From Oopsacas minuta (taxonomy: Eukaryota; Animalia; Porifera), in NCBI GenBank assembly GCA_024704765.1, contig JAKMXF010000010.1:60689-106928 (forward strand): DNA of 46,240 bases. Reading direction: 5' to 3'. Shown here in pieces: positions 25,249 to 37,842 of the stretch; within the stretch, counting starts at the first letter, position 1, and the number at the start of each line of letters is the position of its first letter. The notes under the pieces are model-generated. The model was given only the letters and a program-made list of their open reading frames with translations, had not been told where the DNA came from and made no database searches. The translations under genes and the position numbers were made by a program.

Positions 25249-26829
25249 GCCATCTCCATATCTGAATCGTCTTGAAAATGTTACTAAAGTTGCAGTAAGG
25301 ACTGCCATGTCTGATGCCACTAAACAGCTACGCCAGAGATCAGACTGTGAAGTATCGCCTGAATCTAATCCTACCAACATAACAGTCAGCTTCGATAGCT
25401 CCTGGAAGACCAGAGGATTTTATTCCAATATAGGTTTCGGTGCTGTTATCTCTACCGACACCAAGAAGGTACTGGACTACGAAATCACGAGCAGTCTCTG
25501 CGAGAAGTGCTCTGTCTGGACAGAAGATAAGCAGAAATATAGACCAGCCGAGTACGAGAAGTGGTTAGAACGTCTTAGGCCAAACTGCAACCAAAACTAC
25601 ACTGGATCTTCTCAGAGTATGGAGCCAGAAATAGCCAAGAGGATTTGGGGACGCCCTTAGTGAAGAATCACCTGGCATACTCGGTTTTTGTTGGAGGTGG
25701 AGATTCAAAAGTTTTCAGCAGGTGGAAGATCTAATCCATACACTCTTGTCAAGATTCGAAAAGAGGAATGTAAAACGCATGTAGTTAAGCGGCTGAAGCG
25801 AGCTCTGAAGAAGAAGAAGAGAAGTACGAAAAATTCTACTTATGTACAACACGCACTAACTGAATGGAAGGCTGATTATATCGCCGCAAATTATTCTACA
25901 GTCATCTATCAGCACCATGGTTTAGCATCAACCAAGCTGTGTCCTGCTCTACACATACTAGTTGATGATCATGTGGCAGGGATCATTCGAGCTGTCCTAC
26001 TGGAGAACAATCTTGTTGTAGATGGAGAAACCCATCAAGCTCTTTAGCACCTACTGCTCTTACAACCTTCAAACCTATTGATATAGAAAAGGTACGGGAA
26101 GTATTCAATAATTATGCCTGACAAGAATTCTTTAGTCATCTCACATTAGGACTAACACAAATCCTAATGAACCTCTACACAACACTATATGGAGTCTCTG
26201 TCCCAAGAGCAAGTACTTATCACCACAATCTATTAGGATAAGCACCGCTATCGCTATCCTAACCTTCAACGAAGGGGAATTATCACTATTCGGACTCCTG
26301 ACTGACCTTGGCCTGTCTCCCTCTTGGCGACTTATAATGCTATTCTCAAACGAGAATACTGGTCAGATTATTCTCGATGTGCTCAGAAGAAGTCTAATTA
26401 TCAAAGACGAAGAAGAAGAGCGAGATTATTCAGACAACATAGAGAGAGTGCTCTGTTGAAAGCAGAAGGCGGAAGAAGTTATAAAGGGGGACAGTTTGGG
26501 GCTGAGAATGCCCCAAAGAAGAAATGTGTTGGGTTCGAGGACGGAGAGGATTAAGTGTAAAGAGAAGAATGAGAGAGCGTAGTGTCTCTCCTGTCATCTC
26601 ATAGTCTTGGTCTGATTCATCCAGCAGTTCAGACTCTGGTATCCTGTGTAGCATTTGCAACCAAAGAGACCCCATACCAGTACGATTGAGGAGAGTGGGT
26701 AAAAAGGAACCACCGGAGTGGGTCATGTGTGATACATGTGAAGATTGGGTACACTGATATTGTGCCGATGTGGACATAGAAATAGTTTCAACTAGACCTT
26801 TCTCATGTGACAAGTGTTCCAAGATATAG
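25249..26829 (+). mobile_element. Mutator-like DDE transposase core plus C-terminal PHD finger (degenerate)
   Basis: ITVSFDSSWKTRGFYS, LDYEITSSLCEKC, YTGSSQSME, GGGDSK, KEECKTHVVKR, TQNPNE...IWSLCPK, SYKGGQFG; then CSIC...WVMCDTCEDWVH*YC...FSCDKC at 26647-26829. Confidence 0.8.
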
Positions 26830-27007
26830 GTACGTAATTTTGTATAATTCACTTTATGTACTTCATTAATAGGTCTTCTTCCCGGGCGTATCCACAGTTC
26901 TGATCAGACAGTTGTATTTTACCGTACCGACTAGAATCACTCTATAATAGTGACCCAAATCTGAAATGGTTGCTTCTATATATGTATGCATTTATCTGTC
27001 AACGGTG

Positions 27008-27227
27008 CACAGTAAAATTATTATCTGGGAAAAATGGTCTCATTGGATAGAGAGGAGACATGGACGTTTATGTTTCTACCAAAATATATTGAAATATTTT
27101 TACATGTTTTTTACATTTTTTGCATTTTTACCGAGCATGTGTAAAAAAATTTCTCCTCTATCCAATGACCCATTTTTCCCAGATCTATTTAGGGGAAGAG
27201 TGTCAAATTTAAATTTGAACTGTGCTC
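27008..27227. repeat. Palindromic non-autonomous element (inner arms 27023-27058 / 27152-27184)
   Basis: ATCTGGGAAAAATGG..CATTGGATAGAG..GAGA repeated in inverse; outer ends CACAGT...ACTGTG; no TSD found. Confidence 0.55.
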
Positions 27228-28261
27228 AGTGAATAGTGCGCCAACTTCTCACTCATAGACTTTTGATGCTTTGGAGTAGTAGCTTTCTATTGGCTTACTG
27301 AAGTGTGTGTATTAATATTTAACCGAATACTGCCTAAGCGTTACGTTCGTAACAAGAAGGAACACTAAAGTCTTACCACTTCGTTTTACCTAATCCCGTA
27401 CCAAAATCGAGATTTGGCATATTCTTTACGTCACAAAATGTCGCATTTCCCGGTAGTATTCGGTTCAACTCCTGATTTATTATAAGGTGCAATTGTATTG
27501 GTCAGTGGAGTCGTGTGACTTTGAAATCTGGGTATATATTATCATAATTTTTGAATTTTCTCCTTTAGTGAATGCTAATTGCATCAACATATTCAACAAT
27601 ATTTAACAATACCATTCTAAGATCAGAAACTACTCTACTATATGCTACAGTGGTTATTTGAGTGTGTGCTACTACGAATATCTTGGACGTCTTGGAATAA
27701 TACTTATTTTTCTTTCATGTACAGACTCACTGTACAGCTACTTCTGTGGTATTCAAAGTAAGTGTTTATTGTAAATCGAATAAATCTATTCAGAGATTAG
27801 GAAGTTCAGGGTTTCATACAGGATTTTTTTTCTTGGGGGGAGAGGGCCAGGGGGTTTAACCCCAGAAAAGTTTGAAACTTATTACCACAGGCCCAATTAT
27901 TGATCTGGAGCTATTGTTGCCACCCATGGACCAAATAGTTAACTTAATTTATCTTACAATATATCCATTTTGAGACAGAAATATATCTTGAAACACAATA
28001 CTAGACTCAAATTCAAACCTTATAGAGTTGAAGAAAGGAATCCCGATATATCTCGTATGATAACCGGGGCGATTATCAATTTCAACCACCTTGAGGGGAG
28101 ATTTTAGATTTTTGTAAACACGATCTTTTCGATACAATAATATCTATGTTTAACAAATTAGAATGAAATTAATAGATTCATTATATACTGCCAGAGATTA
28201 GGCACTAACTATACATTGCTGACTCACTCGTACATTTTTGTCGCTTAATATAATTGTGATA

Positions 28262-28435
28262 CAGTGGAGCCTGCATTAACCGACACCGGTATAATCCAGA
28301 AGACCTCTATAATCCGAATGTGTTTCTGTTTTAAATAGCTTCCGACAATACAAATTCAACGTGATAATCTGACAAATTGCTAAAACGACACAATTTTTAT
28401 GTCCCAACGAGTGTCAGTTTATGCAGGTTCCACTG
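28262..28435. mobile_element. pogo-like MITE
   Basis: TIR CAGTGGAGCCTGCATTAACCGACAC vs CAGTGGAACCTGCATAAACTGACAC; TA on the left only. Confidence 0.7.
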
Positions 28436-29012
28436 TGTGTATATATCTTACTGTATTGGCTGTATCTGTTAATCTAACATGTAATCACAGCACAACAGTA
28501 TTTCTCACTCAATATCCGAACAAAGATATTGATGAGAAATACAGTAAGAAAGGCTCTTCTTTGTTACATACATCCTAGAAAGAATCAGTAAATATAGAAA
28601 TAATGTCCTTACGTTTATTTCCAATTATTTGTATGTAATCCTTGTATTCTCCTTGAAATAATCCTGGTATATCCAGTGTATAGTACTTCCAGCTAAATGT
28701 ATTACTCCTGGTATCACCATTGTTATGTAAATCAGACCAAGCAGCGTTCTTAATATTTCTAAACAATTCAAATCTATTAAATTTAGCTATTGTCCCTCTT
28801 TCAGATTTTGTCCATCTCATTACAGGATTGAATTCTATGCATATGTTTAATCATATTTCACACCTTTGTCGAGCGTTTCATATTCACAAGCTGTCATAGA
28901 TTCTTAAGTAACCATTTGAAATTAATCTCTTATGTAATAGCTATTGAAGTACAGAACTGAACTGTAACTAACTGATAAGTAATAAATAGCAAACAAGTAA
29001 ACAAGTGGGCAC

Positions 29013-30724
29013 ATGGCAGAGAGAGAACCTGTAACACCAGACTCTATAAGTACTCTCATCTACGTGGATATGAGGGGAGAGACAGGAGGGTATCGAACAG
29101 ACCTACTCAAGGAACAGGTCCCTGAGAATATGAGGAAATTATTAATCTGCTCAAAATGTGATGGAATTAGCATAAAACCACAAATTTCTGAAGGCAAGAC
29201 ATTCTGTACAAATTGTACAGAGGGTAGAGGCGGGGAAGTTGATGGGAGAGTAGACGGGGTCGTAAGGGAACTGGAATGCAGATGTCCTCTATCAATACGA
29301 GGTTGTGATTGGTCAGGAAAGCTGGATAATATTGAGGAACACATGAATAAGTGTGATAAAGTGAAAATAAAATGTGAGAAAGGATGTGGAGAGGTGTTAA
29401 AAAAATGTGACACAATAAACCACCAGAAAGAGTGTCACTTCCGAAATCAAGAGTGCGAGTACTGTGGAAAAGAAGTACAAGCTAACAGAACAAACGAACA
29501 CGCTAGAATTTGTCTGGACAATCCAGATGGTGTTGTTACATGTCCTTATATGGAAGTAGGTTGTGACACAATTGATGTAGTAAGAAAGAACTTGGACACA
29601 CATATAACTCAGAATATGATTAGTCACCAGAAATTATTGCTACATGAATTTAATCAGCTGAGAATTAGTAATGAACAGCTGAGTGACAAAATGAATAATA
29701 AGGAATTTGAAACAACAAACAAACAAACCTATTTGTATAGAAGTGATACGAATACTAACAGGAGTATATGGATTTTGTTAGCACTAGTTATCATGGGTAT
29801 AGTTATTCTAATCCCCTCTTACTTATGGAGAGAGATAGGATACACCAGAACGAACAGTCTATACAGTCACATAATCCAGATGGGGTTGTTACATGTCCTT
29901 ATAAGGAAGTTGGTTGTGACACAATTGGAATACTGAAAAAAGAGCTGGAGACACACATAACTCAGAATACGATAAGTCACGAGAAGTTAGTGCGTGAATT
30001 CAATCAGTTGAGAACTGCCATCGAACAGCTGAGTGACAAAATGTATATGAAGGAATTTGAAACAACAAGCTCTTTGAATGGAATTGATACTACCAGAAGC
30101 TGGGGTACATGGATATTATTAGCACTAGTTATCATGTGTATAGCTATACTGCTGGTAATTAAGTTCAATCTGAGACAGATTGAGACAACAATACACATTT
30201 TGAAGCAACATAATACTGAAAAGGATTCAGAACTGAAATCAGTTAAAGAAATACTCTATTTTCACACATTTCTATCTATAGAACAATTGGAATGGAAGAT
30301 TCAAGGTGTTAAACAGAAAATAGAAAACAAAGGGAATACTTACAGTGATCCATTCTATCTAGGTTTATACAAGTGTCAGGGCTGTATTCAATGGAATAGA
30401 ATGAATACAGGTAAAGTAGCTGTTTATATTCATATTATGAAAGGAGCTTATGATGATAAACTACACTGGCCTATCAGATACAAATATACGTTAATTCTAC
30501 TCAATCACATAAACAGTAATAATAACTATAAATACACTAATCAAGTAACTAAGGAAACTTTGGAGAAATATCCTAATAAATTCAAGAGACCAACTCAGCT
30601 GAGAAATGATAGAGGTTTTGGAACCCTTTCATTCATTTCACAAACTGAAATATTAGAAGCTAAATATTGTAGAGAAGACAGCATAACTCTTCTAATTAAA
30701 ATAGAATTGTTACCAGCATTATAA
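29013..30724 (+). CDS. TRAF-like protein T2 with internal tandem duplication and two hydrophobic segments; 1-nt frameshift at 29813-29816
   Basis: CxxC..CxxC, zf-TRAF fingers, a 353-bp duplicated module (starting 29520 and 29873) and a C-terminal MATH. ORFs 29013-29936 and 29768-30724 join if one C is added to the CCCC run. Pseudogene or assembly error unresolved. Confidence 0.75.
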
Positions 30725-31332
30725 CTTTATTTGTATTTTCATATTTGTTATTTACTCTTGTAGAACAGACTCGAGTGTATTTCGTACTTTATAGAACTAA
30801 GAAAAGGTTTCAAAATAATATATTAATTTGGTTCGAGGAGTGTTCAGAGGTCAAGTCCACAGTATGGCGTATGAATCCTATCAACACACCTGGGGCAAAG
30901 CTTCTTATTTAAATGAGGTCGAATGAATAAGGACAGGCCGATATGTCGTTCCTGTACCAAACGGTTTTGCCCTCGGACTGAATCGGAAATGAAAACTTCT
31001 TTAGGGATGCAAAACAACACCTACAAATATCAACCAATTGCAACTCTGAAAAACGAATATATTCATGAAAAGTTTGAGAAGCTATTGATCAAAAGGATAA
31101 ACATATAATTAGTAAACTTCTATATCATTCAGTCCGATTAATACAGGTGTAAGTGACGTACCAATTTATTACTGTGATTACACCCTATTTCTTGCAGAGA
31201 GCTTGCTTATTCAGAACATTTGTCTGGTAGGCCATTGAAATGCGGTAATTACGGTACAAAGGGAATGGTGTTATGTGAACATAATGGGAAAGTGGTGGTA
31301 GCCATTCAAAAAGGCTTATTACAAAGCTGTAA

Positions 31333-31577
31333 CAATAAGATGGTCATTGTCAATCCAAACCAAATTCTGTAGGAATTATATTGTGTAACAAAGAAGGAAA
31401 CAATAATTAAACTCATTTCTGTATAATAAGGTGCTGGATAGACACCAAAGCATAGAAGCCAACTTACCTGTAAGTTTTTTATGAAGAATTTGTAGTAAAA
31501 GTTTGTAAAGCAAATAATAAATAACTAATCTACTACTTATATCTGATTTTGAGTATAATGTTATGGGTATATTATAA
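31333..31577 (-). repeat. Dispersed duplicate of 16634-16877
   Basis: Reverse-complement match. Confidence 0.8.
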
Positions 31578-31713
31578 TTATATATTAAGCTATGTATAAT
31601 ATAACGATAATGCTATTCTATAGAATATACAATACATGAGCCCTCTGGGCTTTGCGTTCGAGGTATCCCTTATCTCCAAATTGACGGTTTCATTGAGTAT
31701 TATAATATAAGTA

Positions 31714-33061
31714 CAGTATGTCCAATAATTATTGCAACACATCATTATTTCTATTTCACCACTGCTGCTATAGTTCTATTTGATAAGTAGTAGTTACTGT
31801 ACTAATATAGAAAGTTAATTGATATCTATTTGAAGATAAATCTGAGCAAACACAATGGGATTATATTTCATGCAAAAGAGGATGACGTCATCATTTAGTA
31901 CCTTTCATCATAAATTAGAAAATTCTCTTACGTTTTAGCTGAATAATTTAGCATTTAGTGTTGATATGGCTCAAGAGGTGATGAGAGAAAAGATCAAAAC
32001 TCTATTGATTGGCAATAAACATACACCTACTGAAATCTCACGCATTTTAGATGTTGATCGAGGGACAGTTTACAGGGTAAAAAAATGGCTTCAAACAAAT
32101 ATGACCCTTGACACAAAAGAGGCGGTGGTAGACCAAATTTACTCGGCAATTCAATAAAATATACAGCTACTCAGTTCATCAAATCGGTTCCAGAGACTAG
32201 TGTACGTAAACTTACAACCAGGGTAGCTAAAACAAAGAAACTGACAGTCAGTAAAAGTACAGCCCATCTTACTCTTCAGAAACTGAAATACTCTAAGCCA
32301 TTTCCTGTCCAGATTCCATTGCTATCTGAAAAAAATGGTCTCTTCAGAATTGAATGGGCACAGAAAACAAATTTAAACTGTGGTGTAGAACTGTGTTTGC
32401 AGATGAAGCCTCTTTCTGGCTTAATCGTGGGACGGTTCGAATGTGGATAAAATCTGGAAAATAACGATCACAAAAGACTACCAAACACTCACCAAAATTA
32501 CACATATGAGCTGCATTTTCGTCTTTCGTTACCTCTCATTGTGCATATTTCGTCAGAATTTGAATGCACAATTTTTTGTTAAGATCCTTGAATGGTATCT
32601 TCTTTCACAGGCTGAGGCTTTCCACGGAAATAGATGGTTTCTCGTCCAGGATAATAATCCAAAGCACCGTTCAAAATTAGCCCAACAATGGATCTCAGAA
32701 AAAATGCCAAATAATGCCTTTCAGTGGCCCAGTCAATCACCAGGCCTTAATCCGATAGAAAATCTATTCGGCTGGTTGAAAAATCAAGTTGCAAACAACA
32801 TGCCAAATCACTAGCTGAGCTTGAAAAGTGTATCTAAGCAATTTGGGATTCTCTCACACCCGAATTTTTGGAACCCTATTGGAAGTCTATGACGCGTAGA
32901 TGTCAGATGGTCGTAGAAAACGATGGAAATAAAATCAAATATTAATCTTTAGTGTATCCTCAACAAGTAGACAAAAAACTAGATCATATACTTTCATATT
33001 TATTGTTTCTGGGTTACACTAAGGAATCTCCCTAGTGTTGCAATAATTATTGGACATACTG
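31714..33061 (+). mobile_element. Full-length degenerate Tc1-like transposon
   Basis: 27-bp TIR CAGTATGTCCAATAATTATTGCAACAC, TA TSD; frameshifted transposase 31966-32945 with an HTH, ADEASF, QDNNPKH and SPGLNPIE (35 residues between D and E as counted). Confidence 0.92.
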
Positions 33062-33264
33062 TATATTTAGAACAATGTAATTCACAAATATACGTATATG
33101 GCATATATGTTATTGAATTATTTTGTAAGATCAATTATATCACCGTGTGTCCGTTGATTTGTAAATATATTACCCCAGTATAATCGTTGAAAGTATGATT
33201 CTACCTCAATTTGGCCAAATTGTTACTTTATATTCATAAAAACAACAATAAATTCGCATATGAT

Positions 33265-33506
33265 CAGTGATGTTTTCCCAATTTTAGGAGTGGGGGAACG
33301 CTCTATCCACCTATGCGTGGAAAATGTTGTAATAATTAGATGTTAAAATACAAATATTATTACTACTATACTACAAGGAGGAATTACAATATACGACAAC
33401 TACAATTTTGTTTGTTCTGTGCTAGTGATATCTGGGGGAACGTGTCCCCTAGAAGAAATTGTGAGGGGACGGCGTTCCCCTGCGTTCCCCCAGGAAAACA
33501 TCACTG
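33265..33506. mobile_element. hAT-type MITE
   Basis: TIR CAGTGATGTTTTCC; perfect 8-bp TSD CATATGAT. Confidence 0.9.
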
Positions 33507-33723
33507 CATATGATTAATCTGAAAGTGTGAAAATCGGATTCAGCATGTTCGATATATTTAGTGAAGTTTCATTGAATTCTATTACTTCCATGATAAACAC
33601 GATAAATACATATATTGTGAACTAATTTCCAAAATCTCAAAATTTTCCTAAATATTTGCTCTCAACGGCTGCAAAGGGGGTTGATCTTACAAAATATTTC
33701 AATGATATATATGCCATCTAGTC

Positions 33724-34200
33724 CAGGGTGATGCGAGCCTAATTTTACCTGACCAGGTCAAACCTAATTAGAGTAATATCAGGGCTCTGTCACGGTACAA
33801 CTGGCCCAGCCCATAACTAGTCCGCCTCGTATCAGTTATGGCAACGGCGTATCAGTTGTAGTCAGCCATAACTGGCCCCGGATCAGTTGCGTGACAGCTC
33901 CCAATGAGTTGTGAGTATTCTCTGACTCATTAACATATACTGACAAAATATTCTTTTATTATAAAAGCACAGTAATTTTGAAATAGGATCTGATATTTAA
34001 TTCCAATTCTCATAGTTATTTATTAGGACAAACAAGCGATATGAATCTACGTATAGTTACCAACTATCTAGATTCTAGATCTAGCCACTATTTTCAGTAC
34101 CCAGGCTGTGGTGGTCACCAGGTCACCTGGTCCAAACCTGGCCTGAAAAAACTTCTACCCAGGTTTGACCTGGGCAGATTGCATTACTGGCACGGCCCTG
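33724..34200. mobile_element. Possible old hAT-type element
   Basis: Degenerate CAGGG termini and an inverted CCAGGTCAAACC motif; TSD not clean. Confidence 0.35.
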
Positions 34201-35573
34201 GCCATATACGTATATTTGTGAATTACATTGTTCTAAATATATTTATATTATAATACTCAAAGGGAAAAATGGATAACTCAAGGCGCAATGCGCCGAGTTT
34301 AAATATATATCTCTAGTAGAATTTGACACAGCTGGGCAAACATTTGGAACATGTTCCTAAGCTTGTACCTTATGCCCTGTTAGGGTTAGAGAGGCGACTT
34401 GGATCCCAGAATTATTCCATACCTAGGGTCAAGGGAAATAATTATCACATAAAATGTGTTAGAAATGTGATTATATAATTATAGGAGCAGAGCATTCTAC
34501 ACCTACACACATCTAGCTTAAATAATATCTCTTAAGATATGTAAATAGGGAATAATCTCCCAGGGAAAGATATTAAAGCTCACCGATATTGAACACTGTC
34601 TCACGAATTGTTTAGGCGCCAGATTAGCACATACATCACCTCTATGTATTAGGTAGTGCTGGGTAGTCGGTCTCATTAATTAGAGTATATCAATTAATTT
34701 CTCAAGCTATATGTATTGGGGAAATTCTTACTTCCTTATTGTATCTTCGATAACAATTAAGAATTAGGTTTACTTATTACATTATTCCATCGTTTAGGCG
34801 AAGGGTGCTCAAACGGTAGCCCGAGAGATCTTTTGCTATGGCCTTCGTAACATTTGCATGTATTTTGGGATTATTCTGTCCTCCAAGAAAACGCATATTA
34901 ATTTGTGAAGAAATACTAGTCGTTTAACCATATTTCTATCTTACCGGCATAACTCTTCAATTCTAGTTAATATAATGGGAGTATAACCGTTATCTTCAGT
35001 ATATCAATAATTACTAAGGATGTATGATGTATTAGGGTAAGTAAATTGACATAAAGTCATACACGACACGGTACTGCTATGAGCTAATTAGTATACCTCA
35101 GAAAGTGTCTTTAGTAATGTCTCTTAGTAGACTTAGGTTAGCTATAAGTAGGAGCAGTTCTACATTAGATTGTTTGTCTAATTTGTTTGTTATTTCTATA
35201 TACTACTTACTCAGTATTGCTTTAGCATTATTCTATAGTCTTAACAGTGCCATGCCATTTTGACCGGATTAACCGGTGGAGTCTACTGTATTTTATTTTT
35301 GCTGTATTACAATTCTAGATACTTTCCTAAGGTGTGAAATGATTAAAATTGATCTGACTGAACTAACCGTATCGTCTCCTATAGTTATGAGATAGACAAA
35401 TGGAATTTAGTTTAGTGATATATACTAAGAGCTACTATTTTCCGTTTTCTCTTAACAGCTTAACTGTTTCCATTCCTGTAACTATTTGATAAGTAATAAT
35501 TCAATTATCATTACTCAGGTTACTCTTATTTATATAATAATTCTATTCAACAAAAACATACGTAGATTGTATA

Positions 35574-37175
35574 ATGGCAGAGAAGATAACAGACTCAGAA
35601 GGGAGAGAGGACTTGGTGTACATAAAGACAGAGGATGGTAGCTACAGAGGCTGGAGGGTTGATTTGTTGGTAGAAAACTTATCAAGCAAAATGGAACTGA
35701 AACTATTGGTATGTGCCTTATGTAATGGATTGTTAAGAGATGCTTGTCTCTATGAAGAAGAATTGAGGTGTGGTGTGTGCATTCCTGAGGGTGTAGCATG
35801 GCAACCAGTAAAGATGAACCGTGAAATTGTCTCCGATAAAATTGTTGTTATTTGTTGTTATTTCCAAATGTTTGTTTGTGTTTACAGATGAGTTATTTAT
35901 TTGTAGATTAGTTGTCCCCTAAAGAAGAGAGGGTGTGAATGGAGTGACACAGTGACTACAGCAATACACCACCTGGAAGAATGTGAGTTCTTTCCTGTAC
36001 TGTGTCCTCTGGGTTGTGTCTGTTTAGAAGGAGAGAGGAAAGGGAAAGTTCTGAAACTGGAGAAGAGACAGATTCCAGAACACCAGAGTGACTCGTGTCC
36101 CTTAAGAGAACTGGTGTGTGAATTCTGTGTGAATAATGTGAAGGCCTGTGAGATGAATCCTCATTTGGAGGACTGTGAGCACTTTCCAGTTCCTTGTCCG
36201 AATGAATGTGTGAGGGAAGGAGAGGAAGTGACCAGACAATTGAAGAGGAGAGATGTTCCTGTCCATCTTACTGACGTGTGTCCTCTACAGAAAGTAGAGT
36301 GTCCTTATTGGCTTTATGGATGTAGGGAGGAGATGGAGAGGAGAGAGCTGGATCTTCATGAAAGAGAATTCATGCACATTCACTACAGATTATCGATGGC
36401 TGATATGAAACTGAAACACATTGGAACATCTAAACTATTGCAAGACAAACTTGATACAGCAACCCAGAGGATACTACTAGTCGAAAATATGTGTGAAAGC
36501 AAAAGCAAAGAGCTATCAGAACTCACACAAAAACAAATAGTAACCAATGATAAACTGGATGAAGCAACCAGGAAGATTGCTTTCTTACAAAATGAAAATG
36601 CAAGTCTAACCGAAGAGCTAGCTGCAGCAAATACCAAAATCGAGAATTTTGAGAGACACATTACTATGAAGAATTCAGAACTGGAATCAGTCAAATCAAT
36701 TCTTTTTTCTTATACACCTCTACCTCTACCTACAGGACAATTGGAGTGGAAGATTCAAGGTGTTAAACAGAAGATAGAAAACAAAGAGAATACTTTCACT
36801 GATCCATTCTATGTAGGTTTATACAAGTGCCAGGACTGTATTCAATGGAATAGAATGGATACAGGTAAAGTAGCTGTTTATATTCATATTATGAAAGGAG
36901 GTTATGATGATAAACTACACTGGCCTATCAGATACAAATTTACGTTTATTCTACTCAATCACATTAACAGTAATAATAATTATGAATACACTGAGCAAGT
37001 AACTAAGGAATATTTGGAGAATTTTGCTGATTGCTTCAAGAGACCTACTTAGCTGAGAAATGAAGGTTTAGGAACTTATTCATTCATTTCAAACACTGAA
37101 ATATTAGAAGCTAAATATTGTAAAGAAGACAGCATAACTCTTCTAATTAAAATAGAATTGTTACCAGCATTATAA
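35574..37175 (+). pseudogene. TRAF-like protein T3, close paralog of T1, with a nonsense codon in the MATH domain
   Basis: Exon 1 35574-35843, intron 35844-35906 (weak GTTGTT donor), exon 2 from 35907. CAG>TAG at 37050-37052; the paralogous frame continues 40 codons to TAA at 37175. Confidence 0.82.
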
Positions 37176-37842
37176 CTTTATTTGTATTTTTGTTTACTAC
37201 TTACTCAGAATGTATTTACCTGAACATTAGTATATTGATTATTTCCATTATTCATAACTAACACAGATTATTTCCTTTTCTAAATATTCTATAGTCTATT
37301 AAATGCTTCCAACAGTTTTCTTAATTTGTAACTTTGAAGCTCCGTTTTGGCCCGATTAACCTGTGTGTCTATTTCATTTTTGCTGTATAACATTTCTGTA
37401 TTCATCACTTCTACTCCTATTGATATCATTATACAAATTTGTTATTACTATACTTGTCTCCCGTCACTAACCTAATAATCAACAACGAAATAATTAACAA
37501 ACAAGTAAACAGCGTTGTCATACTCATATTTCTATGGAATGAAACCACCTCTAAGTGGCCAGCTGGCGAGTATTTCTCATAACAGCAATTTTATCATACT
37601 TCAGCCACAATTCTTAGAATTTCATTTTCGGCGCCGATTATTATGAATAAATTTAAAGTGAAATCCAGAAAACGGACGATGCGGTTAATAGAGCGCAGTT
37701 ATTAGAAATACCATATAAGGGCCTTGGTTACAAGAATGTACTAAAGGAGTGTGAGAACCGCGCGAGTTTTAGTAAATGGGATTTGCTAACTTCTCACAAT
37801 GTATTGCTAGAACACTTTCGTTATTTATCCCCAGGACATTTA

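Noticed and set aside
29060-29627. Antisense ORFs over T2 (also 11337, 11818, 36383, 37844, 38290, 38649, 41838)
   Set aside because: Shadows of genuine coding sequence on the other strand or frame.
29813-29816. Programmed ribosomal frameshift in T2
   Set aside because: No canonical slippery heptamer; a homopolymer indel (real or sequencing error) is simpler. The 1-2 nt deletions in NHL-A and NHL-D could likewise be consensus errors.
37050-37052. Programmed stop-codon read-through in T3
   Set aside because: A single C>T change against two paralogs explains it; no other support.
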